IMG/VR virus record: IMGVR_UViG_3300032040_000015
Span: 1-47,131 of that record
Strand: one strand, 5' to 3'
Length of the DNA stretch: 47,131 nucleotides
Source: a virus
Taxonomy: Duplodnaviria; Caudoviricetes
In this document: positions 1 through 7,993 of the stretch, one piece after another
Layout of the letters: the number at the start of each line of letters is the position of its first letter
Numbering within the stretch: position 1 is the stretch's first letter
Position numbers and translations under genes: made by a program
Notes under the pieces: model-generated
Seen by the model: only the letters and a program-made list of their open reading frames with translations
Databases searched by the model: none
Told to the model about the DNA's origin: nothing

Positions 1-293
1 GCCCGTGACGCGGCGATCAGCGATGCGGTTGCCAAGGTCGCTGCTGCCAAGTCTCAGGCCATCGCTGCGGCGAAGGTCGAGTCGGACAAGAAGGGCAAGG
101 TCATCATCCAGTCCGCAGCACCGGATGTCGCAGACCGGCTCGTGCAGAACCTGTGGATCGACACGACACCGATCGGTGATCCTCTCGCACCGGGTAACGT
201 GCCGAAGAAGTGGACCTCTGGCACGACGTGGGTTGCTGTCACGGACAAGGCTGCCACCGACGCTGCCGCCGCTGCTGTGGTCGCGAAGGACGC
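1..293 (+). repeat. Imperfect direct repeat with 46857..47131
   Basis: 1..127 identical to 46857..46983; 244..293 identical to 47082..47131; divergent core between. Confidence 0.95.
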
Positions 294-1386
294 CGCCGAC
301 GCCGCACAGGCCGACGCGACCACCGCGATTGACTCCGCGAACGGCAAGAACACTCGCCGCTCCGGCCCGGCCATCGGAAGCGGCTCCACACCAACCACCC
401 CGGTCGGCGCTGTTGCCGGTGACACGTACTGGGGTCGTCTCGCTGGTGTCGTCAAGCAACAGTGGGTGTACGACGGCACCACATGGGCGATGGAAACGGT
501 CGACGTCACTTTGATCGCCAACCTCGATTCCGACTTCATCACCGCACGACTGCTTGAGGTCGATACCGTTTTGGCCCGGATCATCGCCGCTGGAGAAATC
601 ACCACCGGCGAACTCGCTGCGGGAGCGGTTACTGCCGCGAAGATTCAGGGTCAAGCGATTGACGGCATGGTCATCACTGGTTCAACACTGCGCACGGCTG
701 CGGCTGGGCTCCGCACGCAACTCGACTCGATCGGGCTCCGCACATTCGATGCTGCCGGTGCTGAGTCTGCGCGGCTGTCGGCAGACTCCGGCGGAATGCG
801 ACTCTCGGGCACCCTAGACATGCGGGACGCGACAGGTACTGGACTTCGGATCGACCCCGACGACGAGGTCGTTGGCTCCGCCATCAGATTCTTTGAGAAT
901 GACATCCAAGTGGGCGAACTCGTCTCATCCTCCGGAGGAGCGATAATGCGGGCTAGCGGCTCCGGCGTCAGTTTCAACGATGGGCTAGGGTACGCGACGG
1001 CCATGGTTGGTTTCACGGTCCAGTCCGATGGCGCCGTGAACATCGTGGCCCCCAATGTGAACTTCGCCGCCTCCGAGTCTGGTGGAGTTTTTACCGGGTC
1101 TCCCACCGTTACGGGACTCGAAGAAAACCGGAAGTTGTACCACCGCGCCGGCACGGTCGAGCTCACCACGGGTGCCTCATCGTCAATGATTGAGACCGTC
1201 CTGTTCGGTGGCGATCCGATGGCCTCGGCACCTGTCGTGTTGGCTGGCTTCGGAGCCACCACTCTCCTATCTGCGAGCGCCAATGTTCGTACCGACACGT
1301 ACACCGCTACGGGATTCCGCTTGATCGCAACAGGACTGGCCACGTCAACTACCTACACATTCGTCTGGGTTGCGACCATTCCGTGA
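1..1386 (+). CDS. Tail fibre / host-specificity protein, C-terminal part (5'-partial; continues 44601..47131)
   Basis: Frame open from base 1 (ARDAAISDAVAKV...), identical to the translation at 46857 onward; ITTGELAAGAVTAAKI repeat typical of tail fibres; H-type-lectin-like C-terminus (F...PVV...T.TGF). Confidence 0.8.
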   Translation, partial: ARDAAISDAVAKVAAAKSQAIAAAKVESDKKGKVIIQSAAPDVADRLVQNLWIDTTPIGDPLAPGNVPKKWTSGTTWVAVTDKAATDAAAAAVVAKDAADAAQADATTAIDSANGKNTRRSGPAIGSGSTPTTPVGAVAGDTYWGRLAGVVKQQWVYDGTTWAMETVDVTLIANLDSDFITARLLEVDTVLARIIAAGEITTGELAAGAVTAAKIQGQAIDGMVITGSTLRTAAAGLRTQLDSIGLRTFDAAGAESARLSADSGGMRLSGTLDMRDATGTGLRIDPDDEVVGSAIRFFENDIQVGELVSSSGGAIMRASGSGVSFNDGLGYATAMVGFTVQSDGAVNIVAPNVNFAASESGGVFTGSPTVTGLEENRKLYHRAGTVELTTGASSSMIETVLFGGDPMASAPVVLAGFGATTLLSASANVRTDTYTATGFRLIATGLATSTTYTFVWVATIP

Positions 1387-1432
1387 CCGCCCCCTGCCCA
1401 CCGCTCCCGCAACTGTGCAAGGAGAGCCACAG

Positions 1433-1801
1433 ATGACTAACCCGCCCACGACCGGCATCCCATGGCTCGACAACCTCCTACTCTGGGCCACAGTCGTCAT
1501 CATCCTCGGCGGCGGCATAGCCGTATTTCGGCGTCAAATCCGGCCCCTCTTCATCAAGCTCGGCGACTTCTTCGATGACTGGAATGGCCGCGCGGCACGT
1601 CCCGGACGGCCGCGCGAACCCGGTGTTGTCGAGCGGCTGGCCTCCGTCGAATATCAGGTGCACAACAACGGCGGCGAGAGCATGAAAGACATCATCGACA
1701 AGACCTCGGCAGAGTTGACCGAACATCTTGAAGAGTTCGCCGCCATCAAGCCGTTGATCGAGGCCGCAGCCCGCCCGCCCCGGCCTGAGTCTGGAGAGTA
1801 G
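1433..1801 (+). CDS. Membrane protein of lysis cassette (single N-terminal TM helix)
   Basis: GGAGAG RBS then ATG 1433; hydrophobic LLLWATVVIILGGGIAVF; directly upstream of endolysin. Confidence 0.7.
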   Translation: MTNPPTTGIPWLDNLLLWATVVIILGGGIAVFRRQIRPLFIKLGDFFDDWNGRAARPGRPREPGVVERLASVEYQVHNNGGESMKDIIDKTSAELTEHLEEFAAIKPLIEAAARPPRPESGE

Positions 1802-1865
1802 CCCGCACCCCACCACTTAGCCCGCACCCCACGGTGCCGGGCAACCCCGACGCGCCCAGGAGGCA

Positions 1866-3644
1866 ATGATGACCAAGCGAAGCCCCGCCGAGTACGACTT
1901 CCCGGCGCTGGAGTTCGACGAACACCTACTGACCAAGCACTTCACCCCGTTGGGTTCACGCAAGATCGAGTTCGTTGTCGTTCATCACATGACAATCGTG
2001 GACACGTCCGACCAAGGCGCGCTCGACGCCTGCTACCGGGTGTGGCTGGAGCGTCAAGCGTCCGCGCACTATGGCGTCGCTGGCGAACTGGTCACCCAGT
2101 ACGTGTGGGACAAGGACTACGCCTGGGCGTGCGGCGACACCTACGGCAACCTGCACGGCATCCACATCGAGCACCGCAACAGCAGCACCGGCCCGGAGTG
2201 GCTGGTGGCCGCGCTGACGATGCAGACCAGCGCCGAGCTTGCCGCGTGGCTCCACGTTGTCTACGACCTCGGCCGTCCCGTCGATCGGGTGACGCTCCGC
2301 CAACATGACGAGTTCTTCCCCACCGCCTGCCCTGGCCCGTTCCTTGGTGGGACCGAGTGGGACGCATACGTCCACATGGTGCAGAGACTGTACGACCAGA
2401 TCACAGGCGCCGTCCCCGTCCCCGAGGTTCCACCGACCATCGACGGCAGTTACGTCATGAAGGCCGGCGACACCTTGTGGAGCGTGTCGCAGCAGTTCGG
2501 CGTGACCGTGGCCGAGCTGAGCAAGTGGAACGAGATCACCGACCACATGTCGCTGCCCATCGGAGCACGGCTCGACGTCACCGCGCCTCCCGAGCCCGAA
2601 CCGAGCCCTCACGTCGCCGTCTGGGGCAAGCCTGAGACGTTCGTCCTCGGCGCGACCGGCCCCGACGTCACACGCCTCGGTGAACGCATCGTCATCTGGT
2701 CCAAGGCGCTCGACCTGCCCGACCCCTACAACGTCGGTCCCGGCCCGAAACACGGACCCCGCGACGTCTCTGGCCTCTCCGCAATCCAAGTCGCATGGGG
2801 CTACGGGTCCAAGCCTGCCGATCTCGCCCTCGGCGGCAACTCCGACGGCTACCCCGGACCCGTCACCTTCACCGACCTCGACAAAGATCCGCCGAAGTAC
2901 CCCGAGGCGGACGGCCTGCTGATCGAAGCCATCAGCGCCAACCTCGCCGGATACGACGTCAAGGGCGGCAAGGCCAACCGGGTCCACCGCGCACGGACCA
3001 CGATCCCTGACTACCTGCGTCCCAAACACCCCATGTGGTTCCACTTCCAAGAATGCGCCATCGACATGTGGCCCGAGCTCGACAAACGCCTCACCGGATA
3101 CACCCGCGTCCCCGAAGGCGGCAAAGGCCGCGAGTCGTACTACCGCAACGGCCTCGGCATCAAGATCATCGAAGCCAAGCTGATGAACGTCACCCACATG
3201 CTGGCGAAGGACACCAAAGAGTTCCTAGTCATCGCGTGGGAGTGCGACGGCTACCGGGCGGTCGATGTGAACTTTCACTCCGAGAACCAGGGCATCATCG
3301 TGCAGCCCCTCCAAATGCGCGACGTCCTCAAAGCCGCCTACGCCATGTCGAACAAGCACGGCATCCCAGCAGCGAACGTCCTGGCAACTGGTGACGCGAA
3401 CTTCAAGGGTGCCGCCGCGTTCATCCGACTCCTGCACGGCTGGAACGAAGTCTTCTACTCGGCAAAGAAGACCATCGACTTGCAGTACCACTCCACGAAT
3501 GGCTGGCGGGCACGGCTCACCACGGGACGCCGGATCGACGTCGACGCAACCGGCAGCGGCGCCGACATCCTCGAAGCCGAGCAACTGTTCGGCGCCGTGA
3601 TCTCTGACCACTGGCCCCACCGCGTGAAGCGCCGCCTGTACTGA
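1866..3644 (+). CDS. Endolysin: Zn N-acetylmuramoyl-L-alanine amidase + LysM + putative PG-binding domain + C-terminal EEP (exonuclease/endonuclease/phosphatase) domain
   Basis: Amidase motifs VVHH, SAHY, AWACG, IEH, H...TACPG; LysM YVMKAGDTLWSVSQQFGVTVAELSKWN; EEP motifs SANL, FQE, NFH, GDAN, RID, SDH. Confidence 0.9.
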   Translation: MMTKRSPAEYDFPALEFDEHLLTKHFTPLGSRKIEFVVVHHMTIVDTSDQGALDACYRVWLERQASAHYGVAGELVTQYVWDKDYAWACGDTYGNLHGIHIEHRNSSTGPEWLVAALTMQTSAELAAWLHVVYDLGRPVDRVTLRQHDEFFPTACPGPFLGGTEWDAYVHMVQRLYDQITGAVPVPEVPPTIDGSYVMKAGDTLWSVSQQFGVTVAELSKWNEITDHMSLPIGARLDVTAPPEPEPSPHVAVWGKPETFVLGATGPDVTRLGERIVIWSKALDLPDPYNVGPGPKHGPRDVSGLSAIQVAWGYGSKPADLALGGNSDGYPGPVTFTDLDKDPPKYPEADGLLIEAISANLAGYDVKGGKANRVHRARTTIPDYLRPKHPMWFHFQECAIDMWPELDKRLTGYTRVPEGGKGRESYYRNGLGIKIIEAKLMNVTHMLAKDTKEFLVIAWECDGYRAVDVNFHSENQGIIVQPLQMRDVLKAAYAMSNKHGIPAANVLATGDANFKGAAAFIRLLHGWNEVFYSAKKTIDLQYHSTNGWRARLTTGRRIDVDATGSGADILEAEQLFGAVISDHWPHRVKRRLY

Positions 3645-3678
3645 CCGCTCACTTCATCACTACCAAGTAGGAGGCACT

Positions 3679-3861
3679 ATGAAGAACGCACTCGCACCAC
3701 TGGCCAAGGCCGTCGCCGGCGCAATCAGCACGATCACCGTTTCGCTCGGCACCGCGATGGCTGACGGCGACCTGACCCGCCCCGAGGTCATCGTCGCGCT
3801 CGGCGCCGGTCTGGTCATCGGCGGCGGGCTGGTCTACGCGGCCCCGAAGAACGCCGAGTAG
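3679..3861 (+). CDS. Holin (two TM segments)
   Basis: 60 aa, KAVAGA...TM...GLVYAAPKN pattern of actinophage holins; follows endolysin; GGAGG RBS. Confidence 0.8.
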   Translation: MKNALAPLAKAVAGAISTITVSLGTAMADGDLTRPEVIVALGAGLVIGGGLVYAAPKNAE

Positions 3862-3865
3862 CCCG

Positions 3866-3970
3866 ATGCGCCGCGAGCAGGTCGAAGCCATCGCCGCAGG
3901 TATCGCACTCATGGTGCTACTCGCGTCCCCGGCGCTCCTGCTGTTCGCACTCTGGGCCATGGGTCGATGA
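3866..3970 (+). CDS. Small membrane protein (34 aa; below ORF-track cutoff)
   Basis: MRREQVEAIAAGIALMVLLASPALLLFALWAMGR; ATGA overlap with next ORF. Confidence 0.55.
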   Translation: MRREQVEAIAAGIALMVLLASPALLLFALWAMGR

Positions 3971-4089
3971 ACCCGGTCCGCTGGGCGTGGTGTGTCGCAG
4001 CCGCCATCGCCACAACCATCGCCGACCACTGGCACCCACCCGGCCCCGTACTCGGCTACGACAGCACGTGGACAGACGGCACCGACTGA
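3967..4089 (+). CDS. Small hypothetical protein (40 aa)
   Basis: MNPVRWAWCVAAAIATTIADHWHPPGPVLGYDSTWTDGTD; ATGA-coupled; ends before terminator. Confidence 0.5.
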   Translation: MNPVRWAWCVAAAIATTIADHWHPPGPVLGYDSTWTDGTD

Positions 4090-4108
4090 TCGCCGCAACA
4101 CAAACGAA

Positions 4109-4147
4109 CCGCCCGCATCCCTCATGAGGGGATGCGGGCGGCTTTTC
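4109..4147. terminator. Intrinsic terminator, probably bidirectional
   Basis: CCGCCCGCATCCCTC/GGGGATGCGGGCGG stem followed by CTTTT; lies between convergent genes. Confidence 0.8.
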
Positions 4148-4155
4148 GTCGTTGG

Positions 4156-4371
4156 CTAGGACATTGCGGCATCGTGCTTGTGTCGTGCCTTCGCCTCACG
4201 GTCCTGTAAGTCGCACATGTCACGACAGATCCAGCCGCCGAAACGGCACTGGTCGCAGTGCGACAGGTGCGCTCGTGCGGCGAGCTCAGCCATTCGCCAA
4301 GCAACGAACGACGGTATGCCACGGGTGACGATGACTAGTTGCTGCCACAGTGTCAGCGTGTCGGTGGTCAT
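4156..4371 (-). CDS. Small Cys-containing hypothetical protein
   Basis: 71 aa, CxxC...C...C; ATGA overlap with upstream gene. Confidence 0.6.
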   Translation of the reverse strand: MTTDTLTLWQQLVIVTRGIPSFVAWRMAELAARAHLSHCDQCRFGGWICRDMCDLQDREAKARHKHDAAMS

Positions 4372-4577
4372 GTGGGGCGCACCTGGGCTGCGTTGAACAT
4401 CGCTAGGAACTCATCCGCTGGCATGGTGGCGAATCCACCCCAACTGATCCGCGCGACATTATCGATCACTTCCCACCGCATTGAACCGGAGAGCGCCTGG
4501 TGAGGGTCAGCCTCGATCCGCTCGAACACGATCTGCGCGAAACGGTCGGCCTCGCGGTTGTCGATAGAGTAGGGCAT
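4368..4577 (-). CDS. Hypothetical protein (69 aa)
   Basis: GGAAGGTGG RBS then ATG at 4577 (MPYSIDNRE...). Confidence 0.65.
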   Translation of the reverse strand: MPYSIDNREADRFAQIVFERIEADPHQALSGSMRWEVIDNVARISWGGFATMPADEFLAMFNAAQVRPT

Positions 4578-4640
4578 GGGTCCACCTTCCTGTGGATCAG
4601 CCCCGGGACGTGTAGCGCGTCGCCGGGGCACTTTCGTCTC

Positions 4641-4662
4641 AGCATACTCCTGCGCGGCGACA
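4641..4662 (-). promoter_or_regulatory. PafBC/RecA-NDp-like promoter TGTCGC-N10-TATGCT
   Basis: Reverse complement reads TGTCGC cgcgcaggag TATGCT upstream of the 4577 gene. Confidence 0.55.
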
Positions 4663-4674
4663 GTCGGCGTGCGC

Positions 4675-4920
4675 TCAGGACGTCCGACGCACAGCCAACC
4701 GCGCCGAACGAATACGACGCAGACGGCGCACATCCAACGGCGCAATAGCCTCCACGCCCGGATCATCCAACAACGCATTCAACCGCTGGTAGTACGCCGT
4801 CAACGACAACCCCAACTCATCACGCACCCGCGACTCCTTCAGCCCCCACGCCCGCCCATGCGCGACACGCTCAATCGCAAACACGCGACGCTCGAAGTCA
4901 GTCAGGGCTCTAGTGGACAT
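4675..4920 (-). CDS. DUF3263-family protein
   Basis: KESRVRDELGLSLTAYYQRLNALLDDP...P..VRRLRR signature of DUF3263; leaderless ATG at 4920. Confidence 0.85.
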   Translation of the reverse strand: MSTRALTDFERRVFAIERVAHGRAWGLKESRVRDELGLSLTAYYQRLNALLDDPGVEAIAPLDVRRLRRIRSARLAVRRTS

Positions 4921-4927
4921 GACAACC

Positions 4928-4950
4928 ACACTGCCACCAGGGTCCGACAA
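4928..4950 (-). promoter_or_regulatory. PafBC/RecA-NDp-like leaderless promoter TTGTCGG-N10-CAGTGT
   Basis: Reverse complement TTGTCGG accctggtgg CAGTGT ggttgtc ATG. Confidence 0.65.
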
Positions 4951-5005
4951 AAACCCCGTTGGATTCAGACCTCACTCATGACCATGACCACCACCTGACG
5001 ACACC
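4951..5005. other. Candidate attP region
   Basis: Only non-coding gap adjacent to the serine integrase; weak imperfect dyad symmetry only. Confidence 0.3.
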
Positions 5006-6478
5006 TCAGGTCGGCACAACCTCCACACGCGCATTCGACGCACCGCCGGCAACACCCCGCACGCCAGACCTGTCCCCTGTCCACACCACCACCCGCTGAA
5101 TCAGATTGCCCAGTGTCGCCCGCCGCACCTCCACCGGCAGCACATCCCAGTCGGCCAGCAACCCCGCAACCATCGCCGGCCGATCAGACACATGGCGCCG
5201 GTCCGCACGCCCGAGCTCCTCAACGCGCTCCTCTAGCCCGGCACGTTCCTGCAGATACTCGCCCCGGGCGGCCCGCAGCTCCACGTCACCAATCAGGTCC
5301 TCGGCGTTCTGCTTCGCCAGCTTCGTCAACGCCCGGTCAATCTCAACGATCCGACGAGACAGGCGCCGCAGGTCGCCCACGGACTCCGCTGCCCTGTCCA
5401 ACGTCTTGGACTCATGCGCCGCCACAGCATCGACGCCCTCAGCTGCGGCCTCCTCCCCCAGCCAAGCCAACACGGCATCGACCACCACCGACATCTCGAC
5501 GTACCCGCCGACGCACGCCTCACGGCCGCGCTCCTTCGACGTGGAGCACCGCATAGATGTCTTGCGCTGACCGGACCCAGAGTTCGCCACCATCGGCCCC
5601 TCGCACCGCCCACACCGCACCAGCCCAGACAGGACGTACCTCGACCGCTTCACGTTCGCCGGAACCGCACGCCGGACCACTCGCGCATCCAGGTAGGCCT
5701 GCCAGACGTCGGCACCGATCAGCACCTCATGGACGCCTGGATGTGAGTCGTTCCGCCACCGGATCAAACCAGCTGCGAACCCCGAGTCCAGGACCCGGCG
5801 CAGCGCGTGATCGGTCCACGGGTTCCCTGCCGTCGTCCACACCCGTTCCGCGTTCAGCCAGCGGACCAGGCTGTAGACCGACGCGCCGGCCACGTACCGC
5901 TCGTAGGCCCGGCGCAGTGCTGGCCCAGTCACGGGGTCCGGTTCGTGGATCTTCTCCACCAGGTTCCACACGTACCCAAACCGTGGCTTCCCGTTCGGGG
6001 TCCGCCCCTGAGCCAGGCGGGAGGCATGAACCTCCTTCCAGACTTCCCCTATGCGATCGGACTCAAAGGCCGCGAACTCGACCAAGACCCCGCGGGCCAG
6101 GCGACCGGTCGCGGTGGCCACATCGACGGTCTCAGTCGATGACTCGATCCGCCCGCCAGCCATGTCGGCCCGATCGGCTGCAACAGCCCAGTCGCGGCGC
6201 GACCTGGACAGGCGCGACCACCTCCACAGCACGATCACATCGGCGGCGCCGTCATCGACCATCTGCATGACCCGCTGCACCGCCGGCCGCTTCCACGTCC
6301 GCCCCGTGATCCCCGGATCAGCCTCGACCCCCGCGACGAGGTACCCCATGCGCTGGCAATAGTCCCGCCCGGCGGTCTCCTGCAACGCCAACGAGACAGA
6401 GTCGTCGTGGCTGACGGACTGCCGCAGGTACAGCACAGCCTTGGGCGGGCTGTCGGGGACGGGGCGCAACTTGATCAT
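5006..6478 (-). CDS. int: Large serine integrase
   Basis: YLRQS catalytic Ser, RPAVQRVM, SRLSR, recombinase domain (FGY), Zn ribbon LSGLVRCGRC, coiled coil. Confidence 0.95.
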   Translation of the reverse strand: MIKLRPVPDSPPKAVLYLRQSVSHDDSVSLALQETAGRDYCQRMGYLVAGVEADPGITGRTWKRPAVQRVMQMVDDGAADVIVLWRWSRLSRSRRDWAVAADRADMAGGRIESSTETVDVATATGRLARGVLVEFAAFESDRIGEVWKEVHASRLAQGRTPNGKPRFGYVWNLVEKIHEPDPVTGPALRRAYERYVAGASVYSLVRWLNAERVWTTAGNPWTDHALRRVLDSGFAAGLIRWRNDSHPGVHEVLIGADVWQAYLDARVVRRAVPANVKRSRYVLSGLVRCGRCEGPMVANSGSGQRKTSMRCSTSKERGREACVGGYVEMSVVVDAVLAWLGEEAAAEGVDAVAAHESKTLDRAAESVGDLRRLSRRIVEIDRALTKLAKQNAEDLIGDVELRAARGEYLQERAGLEERVEELGRADRRHVSDRPAMVAGLLADWDVLPVEVRRATLGNLIQRVVVWTGDRSGVRGVAGGASNARVEVVPT

Positions 6479-6945
6479 CGGGACCAGTTCGGATCGATTT
6501 CAGGCAGTGAGCCGATCCCTCCAGCGCCCTCCTTCGATGTGTTGATCGCGAAGGAAACAGCGTCAGACTCCACCGCTTGCGGTTCCGATTCCCAGCCCCC
6601 GACCTCGGCTGTGACAAAATCAGTCGCCGACTTCAGGTCCGTTGCGACCGTCCAGATGCACTTGAGTCCCCCGAAGACCTCAGGCAGGCCAAGTTTTTCC
6701 GTACCGATGATCTGGTCACCGGCGTCTCTGAACGTCACCGCACTGCCGGTCCGGATCTCCGAGTAGTCCAAAGCGCCAGCACACTGGTCACCGGTTGACC
6801 CGGAAACAATCAGTGGCCGGTGCAGCTCAACCTCAATCTCGGCAGCGATCGTAGTGACAGAGGGCGAGACGTTCTGAGGCTCTGCACTCGAGCAGGCAGC
6901 CAAAAGAACAGCAGCGCCTCCGGCAACCGCTATTTTGCGGATCAT
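6475..6945 (-). CDS. Lipoprotein in immunity cassette (possible superinfection exclusion)
   Basis: Signal peptide with lipobox LAAC; located between integrase and ImmA. Confidence 0.75.
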   Translation of the reverse strand: MIRKIAVAGGAAVLLAACSSAEPQNVSPSVTTIAAEIEVELHRPLIVSGSTGDQCAGALDYSEIRTGSAVTFRDAGDQIIGTEKLGLPEVFGGLKCIWTVATDLKSATDFVTAEVGGWESEPQAVESDAVSFAINTSKEGAGGIGSLPEIDPNWSR

Positions 6946-6949
6946 CCTG

Positions 6950-7366
6950 TTACTCCTTCTCTAGGTGTGCCAACCGCTGACGCAGGTAGGCCCGTTCTGA
7001 TGGTTGCAGGTGTGCGATTCGGACATCGAGCAGCCCGGGGTCCACCCAGAGCTCGTCAGCCAGCTGGCGACGGTCCTGCGTCCAGGCCAGAGCCTCGCCG
7101 AGCTTGCGTATGTCGATCAGATCCCGGGCGGCCGCCAACTCGCACGCGATCTCTTCCTTAGCCAGGAGCGACTCGAGTACGGGCCCATTGAAGTGGTGCT
7201 CCAGTTCGTGGCGCAAGGTGGAGCGCCGCTCGGCCTGGGTCATGCCTCGGCGCAGGCTGATGGTTCGGCTGCGGAAGTGGTACCAGCCGGCCGCTCCCCC
7301 GTTGTGCCACTCGAGAGTGATCTGTGGGCAGCGGCGAAGGGTCCGCCATGGGTGTGGGAGTGACAT
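6950..7366 (-). CDS. ImmA/IrrE-family metallopeptidase (anti-repressor)
   Basis: ERRSTLRHELEH (HExxH), downstream E..C...AA..LI and LADELWV; adjacent to repressor. Confidence 0.9.
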   Translation of the reverse strand: MSLPHPWRTLRRCPQITLEWHNGGAAGWYHFRSRTISLRRGMTQAERRSTLRHELEHHFNGPVLESLLAKEEIACELAAARDLIDIRKLGEALAWTQDRRQLADELWVDPGLLDVRIAHLQPSERAYLRQRLAHLEKE

Positions 7367-7373
7367 GTCCGCG

Positions 7374-7395
7374 ACCGTAGGCGCCGGGTACGACA
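7374..7395 (-). promoter_or_regulatory. PafBC/RecA-NDp-like leaderless promoter TGTCGT-N10-TACGGT for ImmA
   Basis: Reverse complement TGTCGT acccggcgcc TACGGT cgcggac ATG, inside the 35-nt repressor-ImmA gap. Confidence 0.6.
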
Positions 7396-7401
7396 GTCCG
7401 T

Positions 7402-7842
7402 CTACTTCTTCGGATCAGTCGACGGCCGAGCCGCTTCTTCTACGATGCGGCTCGGCTTCCCGATCCGACGCTGACCTACCTCGTCTGTCTTCTGAGCTGC
7501 GGATGCCGCACGCTGGGTACCTTCTTTCGCGAGAGCCTTGATGAGGACATCCAGTGCGTCCCGGACCGGCTGCGTCAGCTGGCCCGACTCGAGCGGCGGC
7601 TCCCAAAGATCGAGTTCCCCTGGTGCAGCTGCCGCCGCCTCCCGAACCTGCGTGACGGGCAACTCGAATCCATAGGCGAGAGCTTGGAGGTACTTCTCCT
7701 TGGGCCGCTCGGGGTGGTCTCCCTCGACGTATCGGTAGATCGTCGCCCTGTTCATCGCGTGCTCGTCACTCTTCTCGATGCGCTCGATTGCCCTGGCTGG
7801 GGCGATGACCGATCGGTGAAGCAGCTCGGATAGCGCTGTCAT
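7402..7842 (-). CDS. Immunity repressor (XRE-like HTH)
   Basis: MTALSELL...NRATIYRYVEG.HPERP....LQALA.GFELPV..V..AA; divergent from Cro; start at 7842 inferred. Confidence 0.8.
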   Translation of the reverse strand: MTALSELLHRSVIAPARAIERIEKSDEHAMNRATIYRYVEGDHPERPKEKYLQALAYGFELPVTQVREAAAAAPGELDLWEPPLESGQLTQPVRDALDVLIKALAKEGTQRAASAAQKTDEVGQRRIGKPSRIVEEAARPSTDPKK

Positions 7843-7993
7843 GCCTACAAATCTCCCGGTGACTGGCGTGCGTTGGCAAGTGCCCATGTGCGCGGCTATG
7901 CACAAACTACACCCGTGTGACCGCTGAAAGTCTTTACAGATCGCTACGAAATGGGCTTGCGCTCGTGCCGATTGTTGTGCACACTTGTCGTAA

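Noticed and set aside
1799-1832. 15-bp tandem duplication TAGCCCGCACCCCAC upstream of the endolysin
   Set aside because: Only two copies; most simply a local duplication or leader hairpin with no further support
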